A stretch of DNA of 64,000 bases from Yuukianura sp. NJ FZ-2021 (taxonomy: Eukaryota). Positions 13,197 through 25,400 of this stretch are shown in pieces. The notes under the pieces are model-generated. The model saw nothing but the letters and a program-made list of their open reading frames with translations. It was not told where the DNA came from and ran no database searches. The translations under genes and the position numbers were made by a program. Numbering within the stretch: the first letter of the stretch is position 1; each line of letters starts with the position of its first letter. Location of the stretch: the NCBI GenBank assembly GCA_046563655.1, contig CM102286.1, positions 12,710,001 to 12,774,000 of the forward strand, given 5' to 3'.

Positions 13197-16100
13197 GAGT
13201 TCAGAATAAATTATGTTTACGACTGCCGTTGGATTCTCTTTCTCTTCAGCCTTTTTCTCTTTGAGCGTTTTGAGGAAAGACCATTTACTACCAAGGCGAC
13301 CATCGTATTTTCCCGCCTCTTCCGCAGTCATTCCCGCCAGAGCCTCTTCATCAACCGACATAGACCCATCCAGCATCCGTTCCCGGAAAGAACGATGCTC
13401 TTCCATCAATTGTGACTCTGATATACTTCCACGCTGCTCTCCAGCATCAATTGACCCTGTCCGATCCTCACTTCCGAATTTCTTAAGGTCACCCATGGAC
13501 AACATATCAAGTAATTTACGAGGAATTGACAGCGTTGAGCCTCCAGTGGTAGACTCTCGTCTACTACTGGCCGTTGTTACTGGAGGTGTTCCAATTGCCG
13601 CATCAATTCCCAACTGCTTTCCAGAGGCAGAAGTATCTTGATCTTCCGCGTCATCGGCCACTGCTGCAATTTCTTCTTCTTCCTCAACAGATTCCTGTGG
13701 AGTGTCAGGCCCACTCGTCTCGCCTGAAGATCCCTCAGTCTCCTTTCCCTGTTCTTCTGGAATGTCTTCCCGCCAAATATTGTCACCTAAAGAACTAGAC
13801 GAGGGAATGCTTATTGAAGGTCGTTCTTCCGTTGTAGTCGTTCTAGAATTGTCTCGACTGTAGATGGCAGATTCTGAGCTCCTAGCACTCACTGAATCTT
13901 GTTGACTTTCTTTACTCTTGGATTCATTGATGAGCAACATTGTAGATGGTGGAGGCGGTTCAATCATGGATCCAAAGTCAAGCGAACTTCGACCTGAGTC
14001 ATCAATTCCTTTACTCCAGACGGACTTTTCGGAATGGTCGTAATCGTAGTCATCGTGGGAAGTAGACCGGCGCCGACTCACGTAGCCCAATGGCTCATCT
14101 CCCATTGAATCCTCTCTCTTCAGAACTCGTGAGCCTGGAAGGCTTTTACCAAACGAAAGACGTCGTTCCAAATTAGGTTCTTGTTTACGACCCTCTTTTG
14201 TCACGGTAGTTGCAGAGAGGATTTGACTTGGAAGACTTCCTTCTGGAACGGCTGACGCAGCCTTCAGAAGTTCCTGTAAAACAATGTTCATGCGTTCCTT
14301 CATGTCCACAGTGGCTGCAGTAGGGATTCCATGTTGCGAGGGAAAGTTGGCTTGTGAATATGGATAAGAGAAAGCGTACGAATCTGCTGTCTGTTGACCT
14401 CCACTACTTTCGATGGCCAAAAGCTGTTGCCGTTCCAATTCTTCCAATTTTCTTAATTCATATTTGTACCATTCATCTTCACTGTCAATTGAATCTTCCG
14501 TACTTTGGCGGCGAGAGCTCACACGTGAACTTCTATAAGAATGAGTACTTCGCGTGTCATCCTCTTCGGACAAGGTTCGTTGTTGCGGTAGGTCAAGCCT
14601 GTTTTTACTGACTCTCGTGACACTGTCTGAGGAACTGCCCATGTCCGTTTCACTAAACGATTTTGTACCTTGAGTTTGCATGATTTTTGGAGAAGAACGC
14701 AGAGAAATGGAACTGAGACTCTGTGTTCCTGGAGACACTGATAGAGTTGTAACAGGCAGCGTAGGTTGTGAGGTCGAGGTCACTGCGTTTCCAAATGTTT
14801 GCAAAAGAGGGGAAGATGCAATTGATTTTTCAAATTCAGTCAAATGGTCATCGTCTGGACTTAGTCTCTCTTTCATAGAATCGGAAATGATGGGAATTCC
14901 TAAACTTTCTCCAATTTCCAAATCCGAAGGCCGCACTGTTTTTGTTTCGTCTGTAGTTGGTGTTTGATCTTTCGTTTGATCAACCAATGGTAAACTTTCT
15001 TCTGTTTCCGCAGTTGGGATTGGTGGAGTGGAAAGTTCATCATCTCTCAGTCTTACTTCTTCGTCTACACTTGTACTTCTGGGTGGCGGAGGTCGTGGAG
15101 GAGGCGCAGAATTATTGGCTTGTTTCTGACGATATTTTCCTACAGCCCGAGAAGCAGCGAATTCACCCGAACTTGATGCAGTAGAATGTCGGGCCAAATC
15201 GGCTGGACTCGTTGGTGACTTCTTTTCATCAAATTCTTGACTACTTAGCTGGTCACCGCCTTTTTTGGCATCTCCAATGGTTGCAAAAAGGTCAGAGGCT
15301 AGGTCAGGCAGTTGACCAGTCTCTGACTCTCCAGCGCTCTCTGACATTGTCCGACGAACCGAAGAAGGTGTTTTGGGAAACAGTTGACGTGTGGAAGCTG
15401 GTTGAGTACTTTCACTATCGGAAAAGTGTCGATAAGGACGACTCCCGCGAGGTTCTTTATGGTGACCTCTGACGGGCATTCCACCTTGAGCTCTCCTTCT
15501 ATCCGAATCGGAAACTTCTGAGTCTTCCGACTGACTACCCCAACGTTTATGAGCCTTTGTGATTAGACCAGACATGGTGGACACGATGGAGTGTCGCTTT
15601 CGTTTATGTTTCGTTGTGAGCGAAGGCGGTGGTGCATGTTTGTGCAGATCTGGTTGACTTCCAGGAAGGGAGTTGGAGCGGTTTCGTTTGAGGGAGCCCA
15701 TACTAATGTCCGGAAGCCAATTTCCGACTGAGTGCATTGCAGATTTGAGGGTATTACTCTTCTTAGGTTTGGTTCGTCGTTTTCCTTCATTAGCTCGTTC
15801 TACAGTATCCGGAACGAGAGGACCAGCGGCACGACCCGCCGGAACGTATCCCGTGGTAGACATGGCCGGAGGGCCTGGAGCACCTCGATAATAAATCGGT
15901 TGTCCCCTATTGTCACTGAGAGGGTCATGCACTCTCCTATCCTGACCTTGACCTTTGAACCTTGGATCCTGGGAGTCTTGTCCATAAGCGGCTATGATTT
16001 GTTGTTGAACGTCGTAGTAGGTCTGTGGACTGGATCCTACGCTGACGTATTGCCCTCCGGCGGTTCCTAGAACATTTTGCATTCCTTTGATCATTCCTTC

Positions 16101-19100
16101 ATGTCTTCTATTGGATACGACTTCTTGGAAGTCGGTGGGACTTGATGACTTCCGTTCTCTGAACTCATCTTTCTCTGTCACCAGATATGATGGATTTTCA
16201 TAACAACCATTTTTACTTGGAAAGTACGAAGCAGCAGTAATACTATTTCGATATTGAGTATAGTAGTAGTTAATACTCGCTTCCCGTTCTCTACTTTCCC
16301 GCTCCAGTTTGGCTTCCTCAAAATACTGCTGCTGTCCATAAATCTCATTGACATTGGCCTGGTGAACATCAGAAATTGATCTTGCATTACCAGCAGTATA
16401 GTAGGGAACTGATGCAGAATAATTATTGGATCTGGCGGCGCCTGACGAGGCCGTTTTCTTGTGTCTCCTTTCTCTGGGCGTGTAACTCTGTGTACTGGAG
16501 TCATCCGAGTCACTTCCAGGGAAAGCAACGGCTCTTGATGCTTGAACTTTGTCGTTTGTTCCTCTCGGAGAAAGTTCATAAGTACCAGCCCTCTGCCTGT
16601 TATGCAACACTGTTCCTCCACTTCCAGATCGATTTCTGTGATAGGACATAGAGGATGAACCTCGACTTTCTCCAACGCCGCCGCTGCCAGCAAATGGACT
16701 TGAATCTCTGGAGTCAAGAGAAAGTCCGCGCCCAGCATACCCACCACCAGAAGAAGGAGAAATAACAGTTCTGTAATGTGTCATTGTTTCCAGCCCAAGC
16801 CCAATCCCAGTCTGCTGAGCAGGATAAACAAGTTGAGACTCCTGGAGGAGTCTTGATGGACCCATTTCAGCAGGAGCACAAAAGCTATTTATACCACCCG
16901 CATAGCCAGTTGAAACTGAACCACCAATAGGAACACTGTATCCTCCAGCCGCGATATTCTTAGTACTTCCAAGTGGACTTCGAGCTCTGTCCAGAGGCAT
17001 CAAGTCAGCCGGAATGTCCAATGAACCAAAGTGAGGTTGAGACGACGACAAATTGATATTTCCCAGGGAAGAGCTGGAGTAGGATCCCAGAGTCACATCC
17101 GGCGGTAAAAGTTCTTCCTTTCTCGGAGTTCTACTGCCACTGCCACGGAGTCTCATCTTGGATTCAGTTGACGTCACAGGGTAGCTAATACTCATGGTTG
17201 TAGCCGTATGTGATCCCATGTTGGCAAATCTTGATGGACTCGTTGGTGATCTCTCGACACTTGACCAGTAGCTCAGTTCCGAAACGCCAGAATCTGATCT
17301 GGCATGCATTAGAGACGGCGTGGACCGGGAAGGTTTTGGAGAGCGTGGACTTGGACGAATGTTGGGAGCTATTGGGCCTCCTTCGTCACCTAATCCATAA
17401 TTCTCTGGATTAGAAAGTGGAATTGATGATAGATCATTGAGTGGAGAGTAGTCTGGAAGTGGACTTAGGCGGGTAGGAATGGAGTGTGACATAAGACTAC
17501 TAGTCAAAAGCCCACTTTCACTTCCAGTCGGAAATGAAGTGTCATATTGATTAAAGTCATCCGCTCCAAGTTTACTGGACCTTATTGGACTTGGACTTGC
17601 TCTCCGTGGACTTCCAATTACTGGAGAACTACTTGGATAAACTGGACTCTTTGGAATTGGACTCAGACGGGAGTCTACTGTAGTTAGTCCTCCAGAATTT
17701 GAAATTCCTCTGTAAGACGGACTAAGCGGGGGTCTTGGACTCAGAGGTCTGGCAACATATCCATCTTGTCTCGTCCTTGGACTGCCTGTCACTAGATCGC
17801 TACTTGCACAAACAGCAGAACTTCTGTCGATTCCACTTAAATTTAAAAGTGGAGATCCATCACTGTAGTGTTGGCCTATTACATTTCCATAGTCATCAGT
17901 CGATGAGGAGTAGCCGAGAAGCGGAGATTTTGGACTCGTTTTGCTTGGCGACATGCCATGAGTTGACAGACGACTCGGACTGGACGGAGAAATAATCGAG
18001 ATTTTATCAGATCTTAGTATGTCTCCAGATCCAGGAAGTGTTTCAGCCAAGTACATGTAATCAGCATAGTTTGGACTTGGGGATATGGTTCTACTCAGAG
18101 CCAATTCAACTCTGTCCACTCTGTTTGTTTTTGAGCAAGTGCTGGAGAGGGCTGTAGATTCAATACATGGGATTGGACTTGATGCTGAGCTACGTCCATC
18201 TTCTGAAACCAACAATGTCGATGTCGGAACCGTACCGGTACCGTCTTCATCTTCTTCTGCAAGGCATAACCTTCGAAGCGATTCTTCCAGTGGTGTTCTA
18301 GTTTTCCTTTGCCGAGAGGGCGATCGACTGGCACTAACTTTCGGTATGGCGTAAATCTCACTTCGATTTTTCGAGTTCATTGTATAATTCTGAATTTGGA
18401 GTAATTGATTTTCAATTCGCTCAATATTGGCTAGCATTGCCTCAGTCGAATCCAGTGAGCTGGTGCTAATTGGTTTTATTTCGTCCGGTTTCGCAACAGC
18501 AATTTGATTACTTCCACGGTACTCCTTGTAGTCTCCTGCCGTGAACACATCAGTCTCACCTTTCGACCCGTCACTTCTCATATTAAGTGGTTCTGGCCTA
18601 CTTTCTCCGTCTAAAAATACTCCTAGATCGCCAACTTTCTCTTGGTGAGCAGCAGTCTTTTCCACTTCGATTCCACTTTCTCCAATCCTACTTTCAGCAG
18701 ATTGTCCAGAAGACGCTTCTTCCTTTTTGCTCAACTCAGGCGAAGAATCCATCGTAATTTTATCTCCAGTCTCTAATAAGTCTTCTTCCCAAATGAGACT
18801 CAGTTCCTGATCCTCTCCAGCTCCATTTCCCGAGTCACGATGAGCCACATTCAAGCTTCTGTAAAAAGCTTCGTCAGGAACTTTGGAAACTCTGCCAGTA
18901 TAACCGCCTAGCCCTCTATTTTCAGAATCTGTCGATTGAGACATATCTCCATTATGATGACGACCAAACCCACCACCACTTCCCGGCTGATTATCTGGAT
19001 CTTCTTCGTGATCTCTCTGTCCAATAATGTCTCCTCCTTCGTCATCAGCCTGTTCTCCCTTCATGATCCTACTAATAATACTCTGCTGTTTAGTGAGCAG

Positions 19101-19430
19101 AGCCTCTGCTTTCTCCATTCGATTCCACATGACTACGTACTCTTGAGAAAGGAGGTCGAGAGCCTTCCAGGCATAACGAAGTTCAGTTTCAAGAACGGAG
19201 AGCCGAGAGGCCAACTTCTCCATGTAATCCGATAAGATCCCATCGATATTTCCAGCCGAGGCGGGTGGATTCAAAATTCCAGCAGTCGTCGACCCTTGAC
19301 TTTCTTCGTTCGTTGCGTTTAAAGGTTCGCTCCTTGCGTTTCCAGGCACAAAGTCAGCAGTACTAGTTCGTCCACCTCCCTCACCTGGAGTCGTGTCACT
19401 CTGGTGGGCCGATATTAGCCCAATGTCCAT
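13197..19430 (-). CDS. unc-13: Giant alternative N-terminal exon (2078 codons), Unc13B-type intrinsically disordered N-terminus
   Basis: Uninterrupted 6.2-kb ORF inside the unc-13 intron on the same strand, with phase-0 donor TCT GAA CTC|gtaagt. Contains the coiled coil LETELRYAWKALDLLSQEY and the SIDSEDEWYKYELRKLEE motif, both resembling insect Unc13B N-termini (from recall, not searched). Confidence 0.88.
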
Positions 19431-22400
19431 TTCTCTCTCTACTGTGCCCTTTGAGCGACAGCTCCTCCGCCTTCCAGAATTGTAAAGTAAGAAGTAATTG
19501 AGAGGTTGCTGGAAGTCAAGACTTGAGTTAGTGGTTGGTGCTGCTGCCCATTGCCCAGCTTAGGTCCAGCACCCGCTCTTGCGTCGTTCCGTGGAGAAAT
19601 TTTAGAGAGAGAGAATGATTCCGCTGAGACACCCACAATTTCTCTCGTAAACATCCATTAAGGATTGAATTATGATCCCATCGTTCGAGACAGTTCCTCC
19701 GACGCGTTTGCTTCCTTTCTTTACGTTTAGTACGTTTACTCTTGTTTCACTTTCACTCTCTTCCGACGAACCTACTTTACTTTCACTATCACAAAAGGGA
19801 GCTCTGTGTAGCTTCCAGCGCAATGAGAAATCTGCCCTCCTAAAAAGTTACCAAACCAACCACCACAAATGGAGGAACAGAATTGAAACGTGTAACTTTT
19901 ACAAATTCCAGAAAGATTCCGTCTGCCAAAAACAGTCCGTAGACAAAAAAAATACTTTCAGGGAACACAGTGCATATTTATGTGAAGACTTTTAAAGCTT
20001 GCTTTGGTCGGTCATGTTCCCTTCCTCCTGCTTTCCAACAAAGACAAAGTCAGTACTTTCCTACAACTCGTTTTACTTTTACTCTCGGTCGTTACAAAAG
20101 CATAAAAGTAGGCATCTTACTTTTGTTCCGAAAAGACGTGACTCCTGCGCACGACCATCTCATAACTTTTCACCACACAGAAACCAAAGACCTTTGGAAC
20201 TCTAATTATTCCGGACTTTGATTGTTATGGATTTCATTTCCGAAAAACCTAACTTTCTACCCGAAACTTCTCAACTTCACCAAGAATATGCGTAGACTAT
20301 CGCATGTTTTCTTGCCGTGGTGAAATGACAGGATCAAATGACTAGCCTTCAACAAAGTCAAGACAAATGCTTATCTGAACCTAAGGCATAATTATTCTGG
20401 AGAAAGTCAAATTCTAAGTGGTTTTGGCTTACCTAGGCAAATCCTAGGGGTTTTCCAGCACAAAGTGAATGGAACAGCTTTAGCCATTTTTAGCCTCTTT
20501 CCCTTAATTCAACGAATGACGAGCAAAACAACCGGAAATTAGGCACATGAATTATCCAGCAAGAGAATTAGTCTGCCCAGCAGCGGCAGTGTTGGCTGGA
20601 CAAACCAAAAACGGCTTTTGAACTCAATGAAAACGGACACAGTTGTGGAAGTTCCCTTGACAAAGAGGAGACCAAGTCAGGTATTAAACCAAATGCTAAA
20701 AGTTTGCGGCCCAGATTAAGTTTGCATGTCTGCCCACGTCTTTCTCAAATGACAAAACGGCTTAACTTTCCAACGCTTTCGAAGCATTCAAAGAAACCGC
20801 ACAATGGCATTATAGTAAGGTGAAAAGATACTCTCTTATACTTTTGGTTACAAAAGAGGAACCTAATTTCTGCATCAGAAGGAGCAAGTTGTAAGGAACC
20901 AAGACATAACAATATGGCGAAAACTTTAAGCAAAAAAGAGGACTTTAGACATACTTTCTTGGTTCACTTCAAGACATAACTTTCTTTTGGTTCAATTCAG
21001 TTGACTCGAAGAGAATAAAAATCGAATTTAGAAAGTAAAAAAAAAGTAGAAAAGCACAGGAGAGGAAGAGAAAAGAATTGTGAAAGGAGTAAAAAAAATT
21101 CATAGAAACGGCGCGAAATGCGACCAAAAACGGCATGAACAAAAGCGCGTAAGCTCAACTACTTTCTCCTGACACAAAAAGGCAGTACACAAAGGAAAGG
21201 CCAAAGCCCAGTATTGACTTTTCTCCTGCCCTGTTCTTTTTATAGCAGTCTTTTGTAGCCTTTACTTTCATTCCATTGCATTTTGAACCTAAAAGTGAAA
21301 GTGCCTAGTTAATATGCGATACGACTAGATGGAGGTTGCAAAAACCAGGGAGCAAGGATCACCAAAACTTTTGGAACAAACTCTACTGTTCCTCCTGAAG
21401 CCAAAAGACAGCACACAAGAACTTAAACTAATTATGCAAATGTACATTAGAAACTTGATAGAATCGTCAGCAACAAGAGTTCCAAGGGAACGCAGACGCC
21501 TCCAAATTTAACTTTTCCAAAATACTTTGAACTTTGAAAAAATTTTAAAGTCCACAGTCATCGGAATGACTCGGATTTTACATCCCGAAACAGAGTGTCA
21601 AACTTCTACATTCTTCCAGTCTTCTGTTTTAGCACAAACTCGTTTCCATAATTCATGAGATGGATTGTCCCAGATTCCTGCACTACAAAAATTTTTAACT
21701 TTTACACTAAAACACACAAAGGAAAGCAAAACAGGGGCACAGGAGGACAAAACCCCCTGGTGAAAGTTGACAAAAATTCCAGGAAATATAACTTCCGTTT
21801 TATAAAGTTTTCAAAACTTTAAGAAACAATTCCACATGATTTAAGATCCGGCAAACACAAGTTTTCCTTCGTTTGTAAAAACACATTCCAGTGTGCTTTT
21901 GGCCTCTCTTTTTCATATATAAACTGTTTCTCATATAAAGACCAACATAATGTGCCAAAAAGATGGAAAATGATGACGTAGAAAATGAGGCCAGCAAGAT
22001 TATCACCTCATTTCATGGACTCGTGAGCAAAAGCATAATATCTCTTCTAGCACAATTCCAACACCTCCCTGGATTCAACCTACTTTCACTTCTGTCACTT
22101 TCCCTATGCCTCACCACGCTAACCACAACCAAGTCCACTTCCAAAAGTCCTTGGATCATTTCCTAATTCTCATTAGACTTTGCCTCAAATAAATATCTCC
22201 CCAATATAAATATCTCTGGAGGACAGATAGCGACATGATCCAATGTGGTGGATGCCAACAACTTAACTCAACTCTAAACGATGACGATGGATCTCTTGAT
22301 TAAAACAGGCTTGGCAGACCAAAAAGCTTTCTCTGCCTACAGTGCCTCAGTGGTTTAACGAGCGACACTCAAAACAAGTGTTTTCACCAAATTCTTCCTC

Positions 22401-25400
22401 CTCTCCTGCTGCAAAAGAGACAATAATCATTTCCGCCTACTTCAAAATACTACTGGGATCCTCGTGAGGATGAGAAAACACAACCTGTCGCCAGTGCTCA
22501 AATTTTAGCACCTCTTAAATGATACTGCTTTTCTCTCCTCACAGCTAAAACCCACTTCCAAAATATAGACTAACTTTTCCATAACGAAAGCTAATAAACT
22601 TTTGGCTACTTTTAGCCTAACGTTAGAGAGTTTCCAGAAAAGATATAAATTATGGTTGCCATTTTTTGATGAAAAAGACACATAATTTGGAGTCGTAACG
22701 CACTAAAAATCCTACCCTGAAAAAAATATTGGCAGAAGAGAATCAATTTTTATTGGAACCGGTTCAGCCAAAAACAAAAAAAAAAGGAAGAAAAAAGAAC
22801 TCGTATTGATTCTTCGTTTCCTTTCGTAGCTGTCACAGCCAAAGGCTAATTTTCAAACTTCAGAGAATACTACTGCTATAACGGACTTCGATTCGTCTAA
22901 CACACACCTTATAGCAAGCAAACATGAAATCTAATTCAAAATTCAATTTCGATTTGGAGCAAATGACACAAGAAAAAAAAAGTTGGACAAGCTAAACTGT
23001 TTTGGAAGGCGTCGTCATTCGTATATAAGGCCAATTCAGACAAAAGTGAAACTAGAAGCCTTTCCGTATGCTGTATTCATACCCATATCCTATGCATGAA
23101 CCAAGTACATAATCATAACTTTGTTTGAAAACGTCATTTTTACATGCACTCCAACGACTTTCACTGTGCTTTCTCCGTGATCCATTTTTATAAGCATACA
23201 ATTGCACGATTCGCACTGTTCTCAAGTATTGTCTTTCGTGCCGGATACTTTTCAGATTCATAAAAAATTTAACAAAGCAAATCCAGCCCCACATTCCCGC
23301 TACAACAAAATTTGTGACACACACTAGTAAAAAGAAAAGTAAAAAAAATTCTGAAAAATAGCGTGAATGCCACCACGCCTCTTTAAACTTGCCACAAAAT
23401 TGGAATTGTTTGGCAGATTTCACTTTCTACTTTTATTGTCTGCAGGAAAACTATTTCGCGCAGCTCTGACAGCAGAAAAAACGAAACCACGGAGTCAAAC
23501 GGATTTTTAAAATTTCTTCTCTTGTCTCGCTTTGTGAACAAATTAAAAAATACTTCATTTGAAGTGGAACGGAATGAAAATTTTGGTATTCAGGGAATTT
23601 ATTCATTTCAGGAAAACATGGCCCTGTGGACTTTCGACAAATTACATTCAGCAGTTGAGACGACTTCCAAAAGCATATCACCTCTCACGCTTCTTTCAAA
23701 AACAGTTAGACACAGGAGAAATTTTAGAGAAAGTCTGTGGAATTCTCATCTGTACTAAAGTAAAAACTAGGGAATTCGACAAAGATAAAGGCACAGAAAC
23801 TAGAAAAGCTCCAGCTAGTACTAATTAGGCAGTTTTCCCATACAACCCAGCAGAAAAATTCAAAAGTGAGCAGCGCGGGAAAGAGCTCTTCCGTCATGCC
23901 TCATTCGACTTCATCAACGTTCCCTAAAAACTCCAAATGGCTCTTCCCATTTCAAACTAATTCTCAATTTATATTCAAGGTTTTCGCTAATGTAAATGAT
24001 TTCCATATTTTTCTGGTTTCGACGAACCGAATAAAATGACCACGCTAGGGATGAATTCTTATGCTCTAATAAATACCTTCTGCATAAGTCTTCAACAGTT
24101 TTCCCGCGCTTTTCACTTATGTCTACCTCCATAATGTAAATTCTGAACAAAGGAAAACATTAAAGAAAAGTAGGAAGATTAACGAAAAGTATTTTGGAAA
24201 GCAAAAGGGGAAACGAGCAGACGCCTTCCTCTTCTAGCCATCAGAGAAATTAAAATTTCCATTTGATTGATGGGGAAACATGTCGGAGCAACACCAACTC
24301 TAAAAACTTTCTTGCCCTGGCTTACAACTTTTTACAAGCTAAAACGAGCTCAACTTTCTCCTCTACGCGCCATTTCATTTTATTATTTAGAAAAAGAGAA
24401 AGTAAACTGGGAAAGGGCGGCATATGAGCACAGCTCAGTCCTTTTCACTTCAAAAACCCTTCCAAATCCTTACTTCTAGAAAAAAAAGTCTTAAAAAACG
24501 TATTAGCTCGAAACAGAAACGAGTTTTTGGAAAATAGAACACTTGCAGTTCGCTTTTAAAAAAAGCCGCCTCTAATACTACCCGTAACTGTTCCGCTGTC
24601 AAAAATTTCAACTGCTCCTCTACCGTAAGCCCTGTGCACTCGCTATTCCCATTTTAATAATCAAAACATTCATTAATCGAACACTTAAAATCGAAACTTA
24701 AAGAAAATAACTTGCTGGTTAAAACGAGGCAGCAGAGTTCGGAATTTATTAAAATTAAAATTGACACCAATTTCGTAATTCAATTTCAATTTGCTTACGT
24801 CTTTTCAAATTACCGTAAAAACAAATGTCGAAAATGCCAAATCCAAATTTTCGTTTTAAAGGAAAAAAAAGTTTAGCAATTTAAAAAATTTCGAAGGGAT
24901 TTAGAAAGTAGCTTCTTGAAATTACTAGTCATTGAAAAACAAACTACGCCACAGGAAAAACAAAATCCTATCTTCAAAAATACCTTGCCTAAACTTTAGT
25001 TTAACGTTCCAAATCCTATACTTTGCTTTTCTTTTGAAAAAAATAATCTCATTTACGTGATACAGCCTTCAGTTTTGCTGAGTGTACGCACAAAATGGGA
25101 GAAAGTTCCTTTAGCTCTAAAATCGATAAACTTTCTCCTCGCCTGTAAATGAAATAACACTAATTTGATATCCACCCAACTACAAAGCTAGCAGAAATGA
25201 CAAACAAAGTTTTGTAGTAGTCGTTGTACCATTATTGGCTTTAAAAACGTTAAAAAGATAATACAAATGTATTAATCCTGAATAACAAAAATATGAACCA
25301 AAAGAAATGGTAAAGCAAACATTCCGTCAGTCTAAAAATTTCAAATTCCGCTTCGTTGTAGAATTGAATTAATTTTCCAGTCGTTTCTTTTACAAAAAGG

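Noticed and set aside
13119..19235. Many 60-190 aa ORFs on the plus strand and in alternative minus frames overlapping the giant exon
   Set aside because: Shadow ORFs of a long, relatively GC-rich coding exon; no recognisable domains
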